The notes under the pieces are model-generated. The model worked only from the letters and a program-made list of their open reading frames with translations, searched no databases and was not told the origin of the DNA. Made by a program: the position numbers and the translations under genes. Of a stretch of 64,000 nt of DNA, positions 29,004-37,645 are shown piece after piece. The stretch is from a virus. Position 1 is the stretch's first letter; each line of letters begins with the position of its first letter. The stretch lies in the IMG/VR virus record IMGVR_UViG_3300042938_002732, positions 31,363-95,362 of that record; one strand, given 5' to 3'.

Positions 29004-30051
29004 GAAGAAGATGAGCGTAATGTTTTTGAACCACTTTCACATCGTCGCCCATCCACTCCGCGATCTTGAAGATCGAGCAGCCAGCGCTTGCGAGCAGGCT
29101 CGCAAAGGTGTGGCGCATGACGTGGGGCGTGACCCACGGGCATCCCTTCCCCTCCATGTATTGGGCGAAGGGTCGTTTGAAGTCGTATCTGTAGCGGCTG
29201 CGGCCCTTCTTGGTGTCGGGGGCGACGATGTAGGGCTCCTCCAGTTCGAATTCCTTCAAAAAAGCACGGAATGCCGCCGTGAGAGGGATCGTGCGCTCCT
29301 CGCTATCCTTGAAGGCGATTCCAGCGTGCTTGGTCAAGTGCAGCAGGCCCGCCTTCAGGTCGAACCACTCGGCCTTGGACTCAATAATTTCATTTTTCCT
29401 CAAACCAGCATGAAATCCACAAAGCAAAATATATTTAAGTTGTGCGTCCCTGCACTCAGCGATCAGGCGGTCGCGAAGCTCGGGGCGGCAGAATTTTTTT
29501 CTAACGCCCGTCTTCGGGGTCTTGATCTTCTGTTTGCTCCTGCGCGTCGTCAGCGGGATCACGGGGTTCGAGGCGCAGGAGCGTTTGATCTCGGTGCACC
29601 AGTTGAAAAAACTCTGAATGGTCATCAGGTTCCCGTAAGCCGTGCTCGGCTTGACGCTCTTGCAGCGCATGTCGTGGTAGGCTCGCATGTCCTCCGTCGT
29701 GACTTTGGAGGGCGGAATCCTTCCCGCCCATTTCGCCCATTGGCGCAGCACGCAACGCTTCGCCTCCAGCGACGCCTCCGTCCAGTTGCCTGTGCGCACG
29801 CAGAACGCAGCGTAATCATCGACCGCGAACTCAAGGTGGGAGCCATCGCTCAAAACCTCCGCTCCGTTAAGCGCGGCGATCTTTTTAACGGCCTCGAAGG
29901 GGTCGTTAGTCTCCAGGGACACGAAATCCCTCTTGCCGTTGAGCTGGCGGGCATACCAGTAAAAGGCCCCGCGCTTGTAGAGACCCTTCACTTTGATCGT
30001 CGGTGCGGTGCTGGCCTGGGTTTGCGGCGGTTTTCGGGGCGGTGTTCTCAT
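28888..30051 (-). CDS. int: Tyrosine recombinase/integrase
   Basis: AGLRKNE, PHVMRHTFAS and KHYAH catalytic motifs; adjacent to a tRNA-derived att core. Confidence 0.95.
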   Translation of the reverse strand: MRTPPRKPPQTQASTAPTIKVKGLYKRGAFYWYARQLNGKRDFVSLETNDPFEAVKKIAALNGAEVLSDGSHLEFAVDDYAAFCVRTGNWTEASLEAKRCVLRQWAKWAGRIPPSKVTTEDMRAYHDMRCKSVKPSTAYGNLMTIQSFFNWCTEIKRSCASNPVIPLTTRRSKQKIKTPKTGVRKKFCRPELRDRLIAECRDAQLKYILLCGFHAGLRKNEIIESKAEWFDLKAGLLHLTKHAGIAFKDSEERTIPLTAAFRAFLKEFELEEPYIVAPDTKKGRSRYRYDFKRPFAQYMEGKGCPWVTPHVMRHTFASLLASAGCSIFKIAEWMGDDVKVVQKHYAHLLPNDSEIEVGFRSPPLATPPHPPDTRASKPQGTRRSRKG

Positions 30052-30053
30052 AA

Positions 30054-30267
30054 AAGTGTTACAATTTCACTGTCACACTTTGCTGTCACACTTTCAAGTT
30101 CCGTATGGGGACGTATGGGGCTATATGGGCTTGGGGAGTGGTGCGCGGTACAGGGTTCGAACCTGTGGCCCCTACCGTGTCAAGATGGGAAATCAGTAGG
30201 CAATGTAACACTTCCATGTAACACCGGCTTTTTCTTCGCCTCCGGCACTACCGCAAATGTAACACTT
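30054..30267. repeat. Integrase arm-type binding repeats TGT(A/C)ACAC(TT)
   Basis: Copies at 30054 (inverted), 30071, 30084, 30204, 30217 and 30258 flank the att core. Confidence 0.75.
30139..30184 (-). other. attP core: 3' half of tRNA-Val(GAC)
   Basis: Reverse complement CTTGACACGGTAGGGGCCACAGGTTCGAACCCTGTACCGCGCACCA has the anticodon loop, T-arm and CCA; no 5' half present. Confidence 0.9.
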
Positions 30268-30284
30268 TTCGGGGGGGTGGCCTT

Positions 30285-31418
30285 ATGAGCGTGGATGACG
30301 AGTATCACGCTCACAAGCGACGGGAAGAGGCGCGCTACGTTCTTGCTTTTGACGAGTTCGAGCAAAACCTCACTCCTGAGCAGCGCAGGATGCTGGGTTC
30401 GGCGGCGGTGCCGGATGTCGAGGATACGCGTTCACATGGGTCGAGGCGCGTGTCGCTGGGCGTGTTGACGGATGCGGCGGAGCGCGTGTCCGCCTCCTAC
30501 ACCCCTAATATGACGGAGGCGCTGGATGGGACATTTGATAATCCTTCGCCTGAGTTGCTGGCGGAGATGCTGGGGGTTCCTCTGAATGTGGTGGCGGAGG
30601 CTGTGCTGGAGGATTTGAAGCCAACGCCAGAACTCTTGGCTGAGAAACTGGGGGTGTCCCTGGATGTGGCGCAGAGGATTTTCGATTGGCACAACGCGGC
30701 GGCGGCACGCAATGCAGAGAGAATCAAGATGCGGGCGATCGTTCGTATCGCGGGGGTTTTCCTCGATTGCGCGAATTCCAAGCTATCTGCGGCGGGGCTC
30801 ACCTTCGCTGGCGGCTTGGCTCTACAGTATGGGATCGGCTCGATCCAAGATTACGCAGCAAGCATCGATGTGTCTCGGGCGGCCATCTACAAGAATGTGA
30901 AGTTCTGGCAAAGCGAGTTGGATTTGCCTGAGCGTTTTGCTCCAGGGCTGCGACATCCGAATCTTTCGGATCAGCATTATCTCCTCGTCCAAAAACTGGC
31001 TTTCCCGAGCGAACAAAAGCTCGCCTCGGGGGTTCGCGGGATTCTGGCTTGGCACAGGCGGGCTTCGGCGCGGAAGGCTGAGAATATCAAGGTGCGTGCG
31101 ATCGAGCGGATTGCAGGAGCGTTTCTCGATTGCGCAAATTCGAAGCTCACGGCGGCGGGTCTGGCTTATGCGGCGGACCTCGCTCTCACGGCGGGGCTCG
31201 GAACCATGCAGGATTACGCTCTCAAGATCGCGGTGTCGCGGGCGGCGATATCCAAGAATGCAAAATTCTGGCAACGCGAATTGGACCTGCCTGCGGCGTC
31301 CAATATGCGGGCTGCCGAAAAATGTCGGGCCTATAGCGAGGCTCAGAAAGCCAAACACTGGCGCAACCAAAAATTCACCTTGAGCCACGAGGCACTTAAG
31401 CGCTTCGCCGGGGTGTAA
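30285..31418 (+). CDS. Multi-HTH DNA-binding protein with internal duplications
   Basis: PxPELLAExLGVxLxV twice, and an about 85-aa unit ending VSRAAIxKNxKFWQxELDLP twice. Confidence 0.65.
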   Translation: MSVDDEYHAHKRREEARYVLAFDEFEQNLTPEQRRMLGSAAVPDVEDTRSHGSRRVSLGVLTDAAERVSASYTPNMTEALDGTFDNPSPELLAEMLGVPLNVVAEAVLEDLKPTPELLAEKLGVSLDVAQRIFDWHNAAAARNAERIKMRAIVRIAGVFLDCANSKLSAAGLTFAGGLALQYGIGSIQDYAASIDVSRAAIYKNVKFWQSELDLPERFAPGLRHPNLSDQHYLLVQKLAFPSEQKLASGVRGILAWHRRASARKAENIKVRAIERIAGAFLDCANSKLTAAGLAYAADLALTAGLGTMQDYALKIAVSRAAISKNAKFWQRELDLPAASNMRAAEKCRAYSEAQKAKHWRNQKFTLSHEALKRFAGV

Positions 31419-31436
31419 CACGCAGAAATAAAAAAC

Positions 31437-32123
31437 ATGGAAAACACAAAAGAAAAAGAAATCTGGGAGTTGATGCTCTCGGTATCGGTTGATGGCAAGG
31501 AACTGGAGGACGGGGCGAAGGCCCGGTGGACTCCGATGGGGCTTGATTTGCCCGAAACGACGACGCTGGAAAACATCAAGGAAATCCTCACGGCCTTCAA
31601 GGCTTGGGATACGGCTGGCGCTGTGGCGCTGGCGGATCTTTTCACTTTCGTCCGTGCGAATGGCTGGGAGCGCGAGGTGGAGGTGTTTCTGGCTCAGATG
31701 GAATTTGACCTCGCCTTGGTTAAGCGAGCTCGGGCGGTGAGCGATGTTCCTCGCGGGCTGCGGCATTCGAGGCTGACGGCGGAGCATTATTTTGTCGTCG
31801 CTGGGCTCGAGTATGATTGGCAGGCGCATTGGCTCCATAAGGCGGTGAAGCACAAAATGACGGGGCTTGTCCTGAAGCGTTCGATCGAAGCCAAGAGGGT
31901 GTTGAGCAAGGAGCAGATTGAGATGATGAGCGGCCAGGGCAGCGGAATCCTGAACTACCACGGGGTGCTGAACCGCTGGGAGCGTTGGGAGAAGAAGGTC
32001 GGCGGCGAGGAGGGGATTCTCTCCTGGCCGACCGATACGCTGGAGCGTTGGATCGAGGATGTGGCTCCGATCGCGAAGCTCCATGACAAGGCTGTGGCCA
32101 AGGTGAAGGAGGCATTGAAATGA
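31437..32123 (+). CDS. Hypothetical protein
   Basis: 228-aa ORF in operon with consistent codon usage. Confidence 0.7.
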   Translation: MENTKEKEIWELMLSVSVDGKELEDGAKARWTPMGLDLPETTTLENIKEILTAFKAWDTAGAVALADLFTFVRANGWEREVEVFLAQMEFDLALVKRARAVSDVPRGLRHSRLTAEHYFVVAGLEYDWQAHWLHKAVKHKMTGLVLKRSIEAKRVLSKEQIEMMSGQGSGILNYHGVLNRWERWEKKVGGEEGILSWPTDTLERWIEDVAPIAKLHDKAVAKVKEALK

Positions 32124-32605
32124 GTTACACACCTGAGACGGATTCGATGGTTGAAGAAAGTTTTCATCGAATAAATTTCCCGACCAGTCCAGTTCCTGCC
32201 GAATTTGCTCGCCGCTTGGAGCGCGAGCGCGACGAGGCGAGAACCTTGGGCGCGGATTTGCAAGACGTGCTGTTGGAGGCGTTGGATTTTTCCTCAACAG
32301 GGCGCGAGGAGACAGCGGCGAAGGCTGCGGTGTTGACCGAGCGCGGGGCGCATGTGTCGGGCTTCGTATTGAGGCCCGACGATGGAATCTCGGATGTGGC
32401 GATCGTGTGCAACGGCTGCACGCGGCGGCTCTCGCCTGCGGAGATGCAGTGGCTCATGCACGAGTCGCACTCGCCGATCACGATGGATGTGGCTGGGCTT
32501 CTGGAAGAGAACCGGAAACTGGCTCGCAGACTGGATGACATGACTTCGGTGAACATGCTGCAGCAGGCGGTGGTGCGCGAGCTGCGGGCAAAACTTAAAA
32601 AATAA
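32120..32605 (+). CDS. Hypothetical protein
   Basis: ATGA overlap; TPETD and FARRLERERDEAR phage-type motifs. Confidence 0.7.
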   Translation: MSYTPETDSMVEESFHRINFPTSPVPAEFARRLERERDEARTLGADLQDVLLEALDFSSTGREETAAKAAVLTERGAHVSGFVLRPDDGISDVAIVCNGCTRRLSPAEMQWLMHESHSPITMDVAGLLEENRKLARRLDDMTSVNMLQQAVVRELRAKLKK

Positions 32606-32618
32606 GGAGGCTAAATCT

Positions 32619-33965
32619 GTGGTGGATGTGAGCGAAATAAAAGCTCGGGTGACTCTGCGTGAGTTGCTGGAGCGAGATGGGGTGTCCCTGCGTCGAGCAG
32701 GGACATCTTGGGTGGCGTGCTGCCCGATACATAATGAGACGACACCTTCATTCCACCTGCATGAGAAGGCGGGTGGGGATTGGTTCAAATGCTTTGGCTG
32801 CGATGCCAAGGGGGATGTGGTGGAATACATGCAGTTGGCGCATGGCATGGATTTCATCCAGGCAAAGGATGCACTGGCGGCAATCGCGGGGTTGGGTGGT
32901 TCGGCGGATGCGATCCCGAGGCCGCTGCCGAAGCGGGAGTTACCGCAAGAGGGGGCGGTGGTGATCGAGGCTCTGGAGGGTGATGCTGCTCTGAAGTGGG
33001 AGCGTGCTTGCTCGGAGCTCTACACGGATGGGGCTGAGGTGGCGCGCTGGGCGGCGTGGAGGGGCTTGCGTCCTGCGGTGATCGAGTGGGCGGCGAGGCG
33101 AGGCCTGTGTGGACGGGTGATGATGTATGGGGAGTGGCGGGAGGCGTTTCTGATCCGTGATGTTGCGGCGGCCGCCGGATTCGAGGACTTGGGGGGCACC
33201 TGCATGAGGAACATAGGTTTCCATGTGCGATTAGCTCCACGAAAGGAGGGGGAGAAGGCGAGCTGGCGCTACTCGAATCGCTGGGTGCAAGGCGAGAGGC
33301 TGGAGTGCGAGGCTTCGCGGGGGCTGGGGGCGTGGCCTTTTGTGGTGCTGCCGGAGGGCTTTGAGCGCGAGTGGAAATATATTTTCTGCTGCGAGGGGCA
33401 GTGGGATGCTCTGGCACTGATCGATGTGATGGGTTGGGAAACGAGGTGGCCGGCGCAAGTGGCGGTTTTTGGGATGCGGGGGGCGACGAGCTGGAAGCGG
33501 ATGCTGGACTATACGATGCGGACTGATGCGACGGCTTTTCTCATGGCGGATAATGATGAAGCAGGAATGGGATGGTTTGTTGGTGAAGAAAATTTTGCAG
33601 ATACCCTGCGGAAGCGGGTGAAGGCGGTGCATGGATACTCACCCCTGGCGAAGGATCTGAATGACGATGTGCGCGGGTGGGATGAGGCGGGCCGCGAGGC
33701 TTTCCGCGCAAATCTCCGAAAGCGGATCGCGAAGCAGAAGGGCTTTGCGAAGATGAAGCCGACTTTTCTGAAGTGGCTCTCTGGCGAGAAAAAGAAGGAG
33801 CGCACGGATGGGGTGGTGGAATTTGCGAGGGTGGTGACGCGGCGTGGGGCGCAGGTGCCGAAGGGTCGGGCACGCAAAAAGGTGTGGGTGAGATTCATGC
33901 AGGCTTGGCCGGAGCATGAGGGGGCGTTTTTCAAGGCTTGGGCTGAGTGGGAGGCGATCAAGTGA
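32619..33965 (+). CDS. DNA primase (CHC2 zinc finger plus TOPRIM)
   Basis: CPIHNETTPSF...FKCFGC; CEGQWDAL, ADNDEAG, KDLND; AAGGAGG RBS. Confidence 0.9.
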   Translation: MVDVSEIKARVTLRELLERDGVSLRRAGTSWVACCPIHNETTPSFHLHEKAGGDWFKCFGCDAKGDVVEYMQLAHGMDFIQAKDALAAIAGLGGSADAIPRPLPKRELPQEGAVVIEALEGDAALKWERACSELYTDGAEVARWAAWRGLRPAVIEWAARRGLCGRVMMYGEWREAFLIRDVAAAAGFEDLGGTCMRNIGFHVRLAPRKEGEKASWRYSNRWVQGERLECEASRGLGAWPFVVLPEGFEREWKYIFCCEGQWDALALIDVMGWETRWPAQVAVFGMRGATSWKRMLDYTMRTDATAFLMADNDEAGMGWFVGEENFADTLRKRVKAVHGYSPLAKDLNDDVRGWDEAGREAFRANLRKRIAKQKGFAKMKPTFLKWLSGEKKKERTDGVVEFARVVTRRGAQVPKGRARKKVWVRFMQAWPEHEGAFFKAWAEWEAIK

Positions 33966-34465
33966 GCGCAGCGGCGAATACGGCTGTGCAGGCAAGTGCG
34001 TCTCTCGGGCTGCATGAGGTGCTGACTGGCTCGATGGCGGCTCAGTATGGAACATTGCCACTGATCCCTCTGCCTCAAGAGGAGGATTTGCTGTTGAAGT
34101 TTATTCGACAAATGGGTGCAGTATTGAGCGACAAGGGGGTATATCGAAGAGATACGGTGGTCGTGCTGGTGGATGCGGAGCTACCGAGGATGAACATCTT
34201 GGAGCCGGAGGTGTTCTGCTCTTGGGCGCAGAACTATGTGGTGAACTATAAGCTCCGCTACGACAAGAATGGTGAACCTTTTACGACATACAAGGATATG
34301 CCGACTGAGATCGCTAAGAAGACGCTGATGAGCCCGACATTTACGCCATTTGTGCCGAGAATTGATGAGCTTTTCCCAATACCGATGCCTGGGAAAGATG
34401 AGGACGGCATAATGTTAATGCCGCCGGGGTTTGATGCCGGAAAATTTATATTTGGATTTGAATGA
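33962..34465 (+). CDS. Putative N-terminal half of a primase-associated replication ATPase
   Basis: GTGA overlap with primase; ends LMPPGFDA. Confidence 0.5.
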   Translation: MSAAANTAVQASASLGLHEVLTGSMAAQYGTLPLIPLPQEEDLLLKFIRQMGAVLSDKGVYRRDTVVVLVDAELPRMNILEPEVFCSWAQNYVVNYKLRYDKNGEPFTTYKDMPTEIAKKTLMSPTFTPFVPRIDELFPIPMPGKDEDGIMLMPPGFDAGKFIFGFE

Positions 34466-34468
34466 TTT

Positions 34469-34789
34469 ATGCAGTCGCAGCTTAAATTTAACCTTGATGT
34501 GCCCATCAAGCCAAAAAGTAAAACGCTAAAAAGCCGCTTGCCACGGCGCTGGTGGGCTTGCAAGTGCTGTGGCAAAGATTGTTATGCAGACAATAAAGAT
34601 TACTACATGCTGAAGGATGAAGTTTGGGAGAAAATTTTCCCCATGAATAATGGCATGCTTTGCATGAGTTGTGCGGAAAGCAGGCTGGGCAGAAAACTAC
34701 AGAAAGAGGATATTCTGGTTTGTCGTCTTACTGCGGAGGATAATTTTTATACGCGGTCTATTCTTTCCCCAGATTTGAATAATTTATGA
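34469..34789 (+). CDS. Cys-rich hypothetical protein (AT-richer insert)
   Basis: CKCC...YYMLKDEVW...LCMSCAESRLGRKL. Confidence 0.7.
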   Translation: MQSQLKFNLDVPIKPKSKTLKSRLPRRWWACKCCGKDCYADNKDYYMLKDEVWEKIFPMNNGMLCMSCAESRLGRKLQKEDILVCRLTAEDNFYTRSILSPDLNNL

Positions 34790-35229
34790 AAAAAACAACA
34801 GCAGTTAAAAAAGACAAGAAATTAGGGGTAGAATTGTATGAACAGTTGAAGTCCGAGACATCCCCAATTTTAGATGAGTGGAAGATGATGTGCGAGGTGC
34901 TGAAGGCTAAATCGGTAGAGGATCGTATCTCAAGAGAGAATCTTAATAACTTTATGAAAAAAAATAAACCTAAAGGTAATCCAATAAAAGCAGAAGGAAC
35001 TCCAGTCTATGCAGTGATGAAAGTCGCTGTATTCCCGAAGGGGACGGGTCTTTATTCTGATCAATTAACAGAGGTTGAATTCATCGATGAGGGCGGTAAT
35101 GGATATATCCAGATAATTCAAGAAGATCGTTTTATAAACATAAATTTCGAAGAATGGCCAGCTTTACGCAGTGCCATAGAACTTACTTTGAATGGGGCTG
35201 ATAAGTTCTTACCTAATGATGCTTTTTGA
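34786..35229 (+). CDS. Hypothetical protein (AT-richer insert)
   Basis: ATGA overlap; 147 aa. Confidence 0.65.
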   Translation: MKKTTAVKKDKKLGVELYEQLKSETSPILDEWKMMCEVLKAKSVEDRISRENLNNFMKKNKPKGNPIKAEGTPVYAVMKVAVFPKGTGLYSDQLTEVEFIDEGGNGYIQIIQEDRFININFEEWPALRSAIELTLNGADKFLPNDAF

Positions 35230-35230
35230 T

Positions 35231-36478
35231 ATGGAAATAAGAAAAACACCAGTAACAAGGGAGAACCCTTACTATGAATGGACATTGCAAGAGTCTACGG
35301 ATTATATGCGATGGTTTTTAAGGGAGTTCCCGTTTCAGGATTGGAAGACAGTGGAGGTTTCGGATACTGATGGGGGTAATGGCGAACCAATTCGTCAGAG
35401 TCGCTCGCAGGCTGTGCAGGTGGCGGCGATGTTGTCGCTTTTCTGTATGGGGATCATACCGAAGGGGTCTAACCGCATGGGATTCATTTACAATGCGAAT
35501 AGTCAGAGGTCTGGTAAGACGCTGCTGGCAAAGTTGGCAATTATGACGATCACGGGAACCTTTAAGGCGCAACCTTGGAAGGGAAATGAGGATGAGTTGA
35601 ACAAGTTGCTCGATTCCGAGATGTTGGCCGGGTCGATGTATGTGTGCTTTGACAATGTGCGGGGTTTTATGTCGAGCCAAACGCTGGAGGGGTTGATGAC
35701 ATCGCCTCAGTGGACGGGGCGCGTATTGGGGCGGACGCAGATGTTCACAGCGGAGAATCGCATGAATCTCTTCATAACGGGGAACGACTGCATTGTGTCG
35801 CCGGATATGTCGCACCGGTGCTTGATTTGCGACCTTTTCGTGGAGCAAGGTGATGTGCAGGAGCGCCAAGTGGAGAACCTGATCGATGAGCCGTGGCTGA
35901 TGGATAAGGAAAACCGGCGTAATACCCTGTCGGCCTTGTGGGGAATCGTTAGGGCTTGGGGTAAGGCAGGGGAGCCGAAGGCGGCAAGCTTTGGATATAA
36001 GCCGCGCTTGGGATTTGAGCGTTGGGGAGAGATTATTGGAGGAATTGTGGGGTTTGCCGGGTTTGGCAATCCGCTCGAAAAAGTTCAGTTGGAGCAGGCT
36101 GGTGATTCGGAGGAGCGCAATATCCGCAAGCTGATAGATCGGATGCGTGAAATGGCGTTAGGCGATAATCGTGGTGAGTTCAGCTTCCAGCAAGTCGTTG
36201 ATTTTTGCCACGATGATGGGTTGTTTGACTACATGCTGGATGGTCGAGACACACAGGATGGCTACAAACTCAACGCGTCATCATCAAGTCGGTTTAGCCT
36301 TACACTTGGTCGATACGCGCCGAAGGTGAGTGGGGGGTTCTGTGGTAAGGATAGTGATAAGTCTCGCCCCCCGCGCAAATATCGAAGAAAGACAGAAAGT
36401 AGCGAGGAAGTTGTTTATTTTGGGTGCTTTGGTGATGGAAGGGGAAGAAAGTATTTTATCGAATGGGCTGCGGCATAA
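35231..36478 (+). CDS. P-loop replication ATPase/helicase-like protein with C-terminal winged-helix-like domain
   Basis: SQRSGKTLLA Walker A, VCFDNV Walker B, FITGND and HRCL; downstream of primase. Confidence 0.75.
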   Translation: MEIRKTPVTRENPYYEWTLQESTDYMRWFLREFPFQDWKTVEVSDTDGGNGEPIRQSRSQAVQVAAMLSLFCMGIIPKGSNRMGFIYNANSQRSGKTLLAKLAIMTITGTFKAQPWKGNEDELNKLLDSEMLAGSMYVCFDNVRGFMSSQTLEGLMTSPQWTGRVLGRTQMFTAENRMNLFITGNDCIVSPDMSHRCLICDLFVEQGDVQERQVENLIDEPWLMDKENRRNTLSALWGIVRAWGKAGEPKAASFGYKPRLGFERWGEIIGGIVGFAGFGNPLEKVQLEQAGDSEERNIRKLIDRMREMALGDNRGEFSFQQVVDFCHDDGLFDYMLDGRDTQDGYKLNASSSSRFSLTLGRYAPKVSGGFCGKDSDKSRPPRKYRRKTESSEEVVYFGCFGDGRGRKYFIEWAAA

Positions 36479-36499
36479 ATCAAGTTACATTCAGGTTTG

Positions 36500-36531
36500 G
36501 GGTGACAGGGGCTTCCCTGTCACCCTTTTTT
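36500..36531 (+). terminator. Rho-independent terminator
   Basis: GGGTGACAGGG-GCTT-CCCTGTCACCC-TTTTTT. Confidence 0.9.
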
Positions 36532-36568
36532 ATTTGTATAAACCTATGCTTATCAGCGCTTGCAAAGG

Positions 36569-36742
36569 TAACGCGCAGGTATGAATGGACCTGCGCGTTA
36601 TGCAATACCTTCGATGTTAGGCTTTTTCTGATATGAAATCATAGGTAGCGTAGGTAGCACAGGTTTTTTGCACTATAAAAAAAATCAAAGAAATGTAATA
36701 AATAAATATTTTTTTATAACAGAGAAAAAACCTGTGCTACCT
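36569..36742. promoter_or_regulatory. Candidate replication origin (inverted repeats around an AT-rich core)
   Basis: 12-bp IR at 36569-36600; 18-bp IR AGGTAGCACAGGTTTTTT at 36652-36669 and 36725-36742 flanking 55 very AT-rich nt. Confidence 0.55.
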
Positions 36743-36961
36743 GCGCGGGCTGTGCTTCTGGCATTACAAACCACGATGAATCTGATGTTTGCTCCGTGCA
36801 TAGGTTCTCTTTAGCCTATGCGTTACCTAAGCAAAATTCAACCACCACCATGGTAAAGGAATCTTTTACTACAGGAAACAGCGAGGTTTCCCGAAGGGAC
36901 ATGGCAAGTTATCTTATGCGTTGGTTACTGGTTGACAAGTTACAAGAGGGAGTGACTCCGT

Positions 36962-37645
36962 ATGGATCCTTCAGAACCTGTCAAAAAATCGTTAGTTTCG
37001 CAAATCGCCCAGGAATGGGGGACAACGCGAGCCTACGTTTACAAGCTGGCGAAGAAGGGATGCCCGACTGATTCGATCGAGTCGGCTACCGAGTGGAGGA
37101 GCGCGAATGCAAAGTTGGGTGTGGGGTATCGGAGTTCTGGCGGCCTGCGGCCGGACGCTGAGTTCTCGGAAGATAAAAATTCCGAAAGCGGATTAGGTGC
37201 AGGGGTCGCGAAACAAACACCAAGCTGGGGCGCGGGGTCTTATCGAAAGACGCGGATAAATGTAAATACTGTTGAGAAGTCTTTGCGGCAGGCGATACGG
37301 ATGGAAACTATCGCTGCCGAGGTTGCGGAGGCTGCGCGGTCGAATCCTGAGAAGCTGCTGACCGCACTGAATGTTTACAATAAGGCTCAGGCGAACCGTA
37401 TGGAGACGGAGAAGCGGGTTTTGGAGTATCTGCAGGCTCGCAGGGAGTTAATTACATCCGATGAGGCTAAGTCTATGATGGCTAAGGGGTGGATGCCTAT
37501 CCTGGCGAGGTTGAGAAGCGTGCCGGGGAGGGCCGCGATGAAGGCAAATCCTTCTGATGATGCGCTGGCTAAAATGGCAATCGAAGAGGAAATCGAGGCC
37601 GCTATTGCGGAGGGGCAGGCAAGTTATGCCGAAGTTGTCGCCTGA
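36962..37645 (+). CDS. terS: Terminase small subunit (Nu1-like)
   Basis: N-terminal HTH (SQIAQEWGTTRAYVYKLAKKGCP) and coiled-coil C-terminus; overlaps terL. Confidence 0.75.
   Translation: MDPSEPVKKSLVSQIAQEWGTTRAYVYKLAKKGCPTDSIESATEWRSANAKLGVGYRSSGGLRPDAEFSEDKNSESGLGAGVAKQTPSWGAGSYRKTRINVNTVEKSLRQAIRMETIAAEVAEAARSNPEKLLTALNVYNKAQANRMETEKRVLEYLQARRELITSDEAKSMMAKGWMPILARLRSVPGRAAMKANPSDDALAKMAIEEEIEAAIAEGQASYAEVVA

Noticed and set aside
30139-30184. Functional tRNA gene
   Set aside because: Only anticodon loop to CCA is present; D-arm and 5' acceptor strand are missing, so it is an att core
28510-30288. 592-aa plus-strand ORF
   Set aside because: Antisense shadow of the integrase, running through attP; no recognisable motifs
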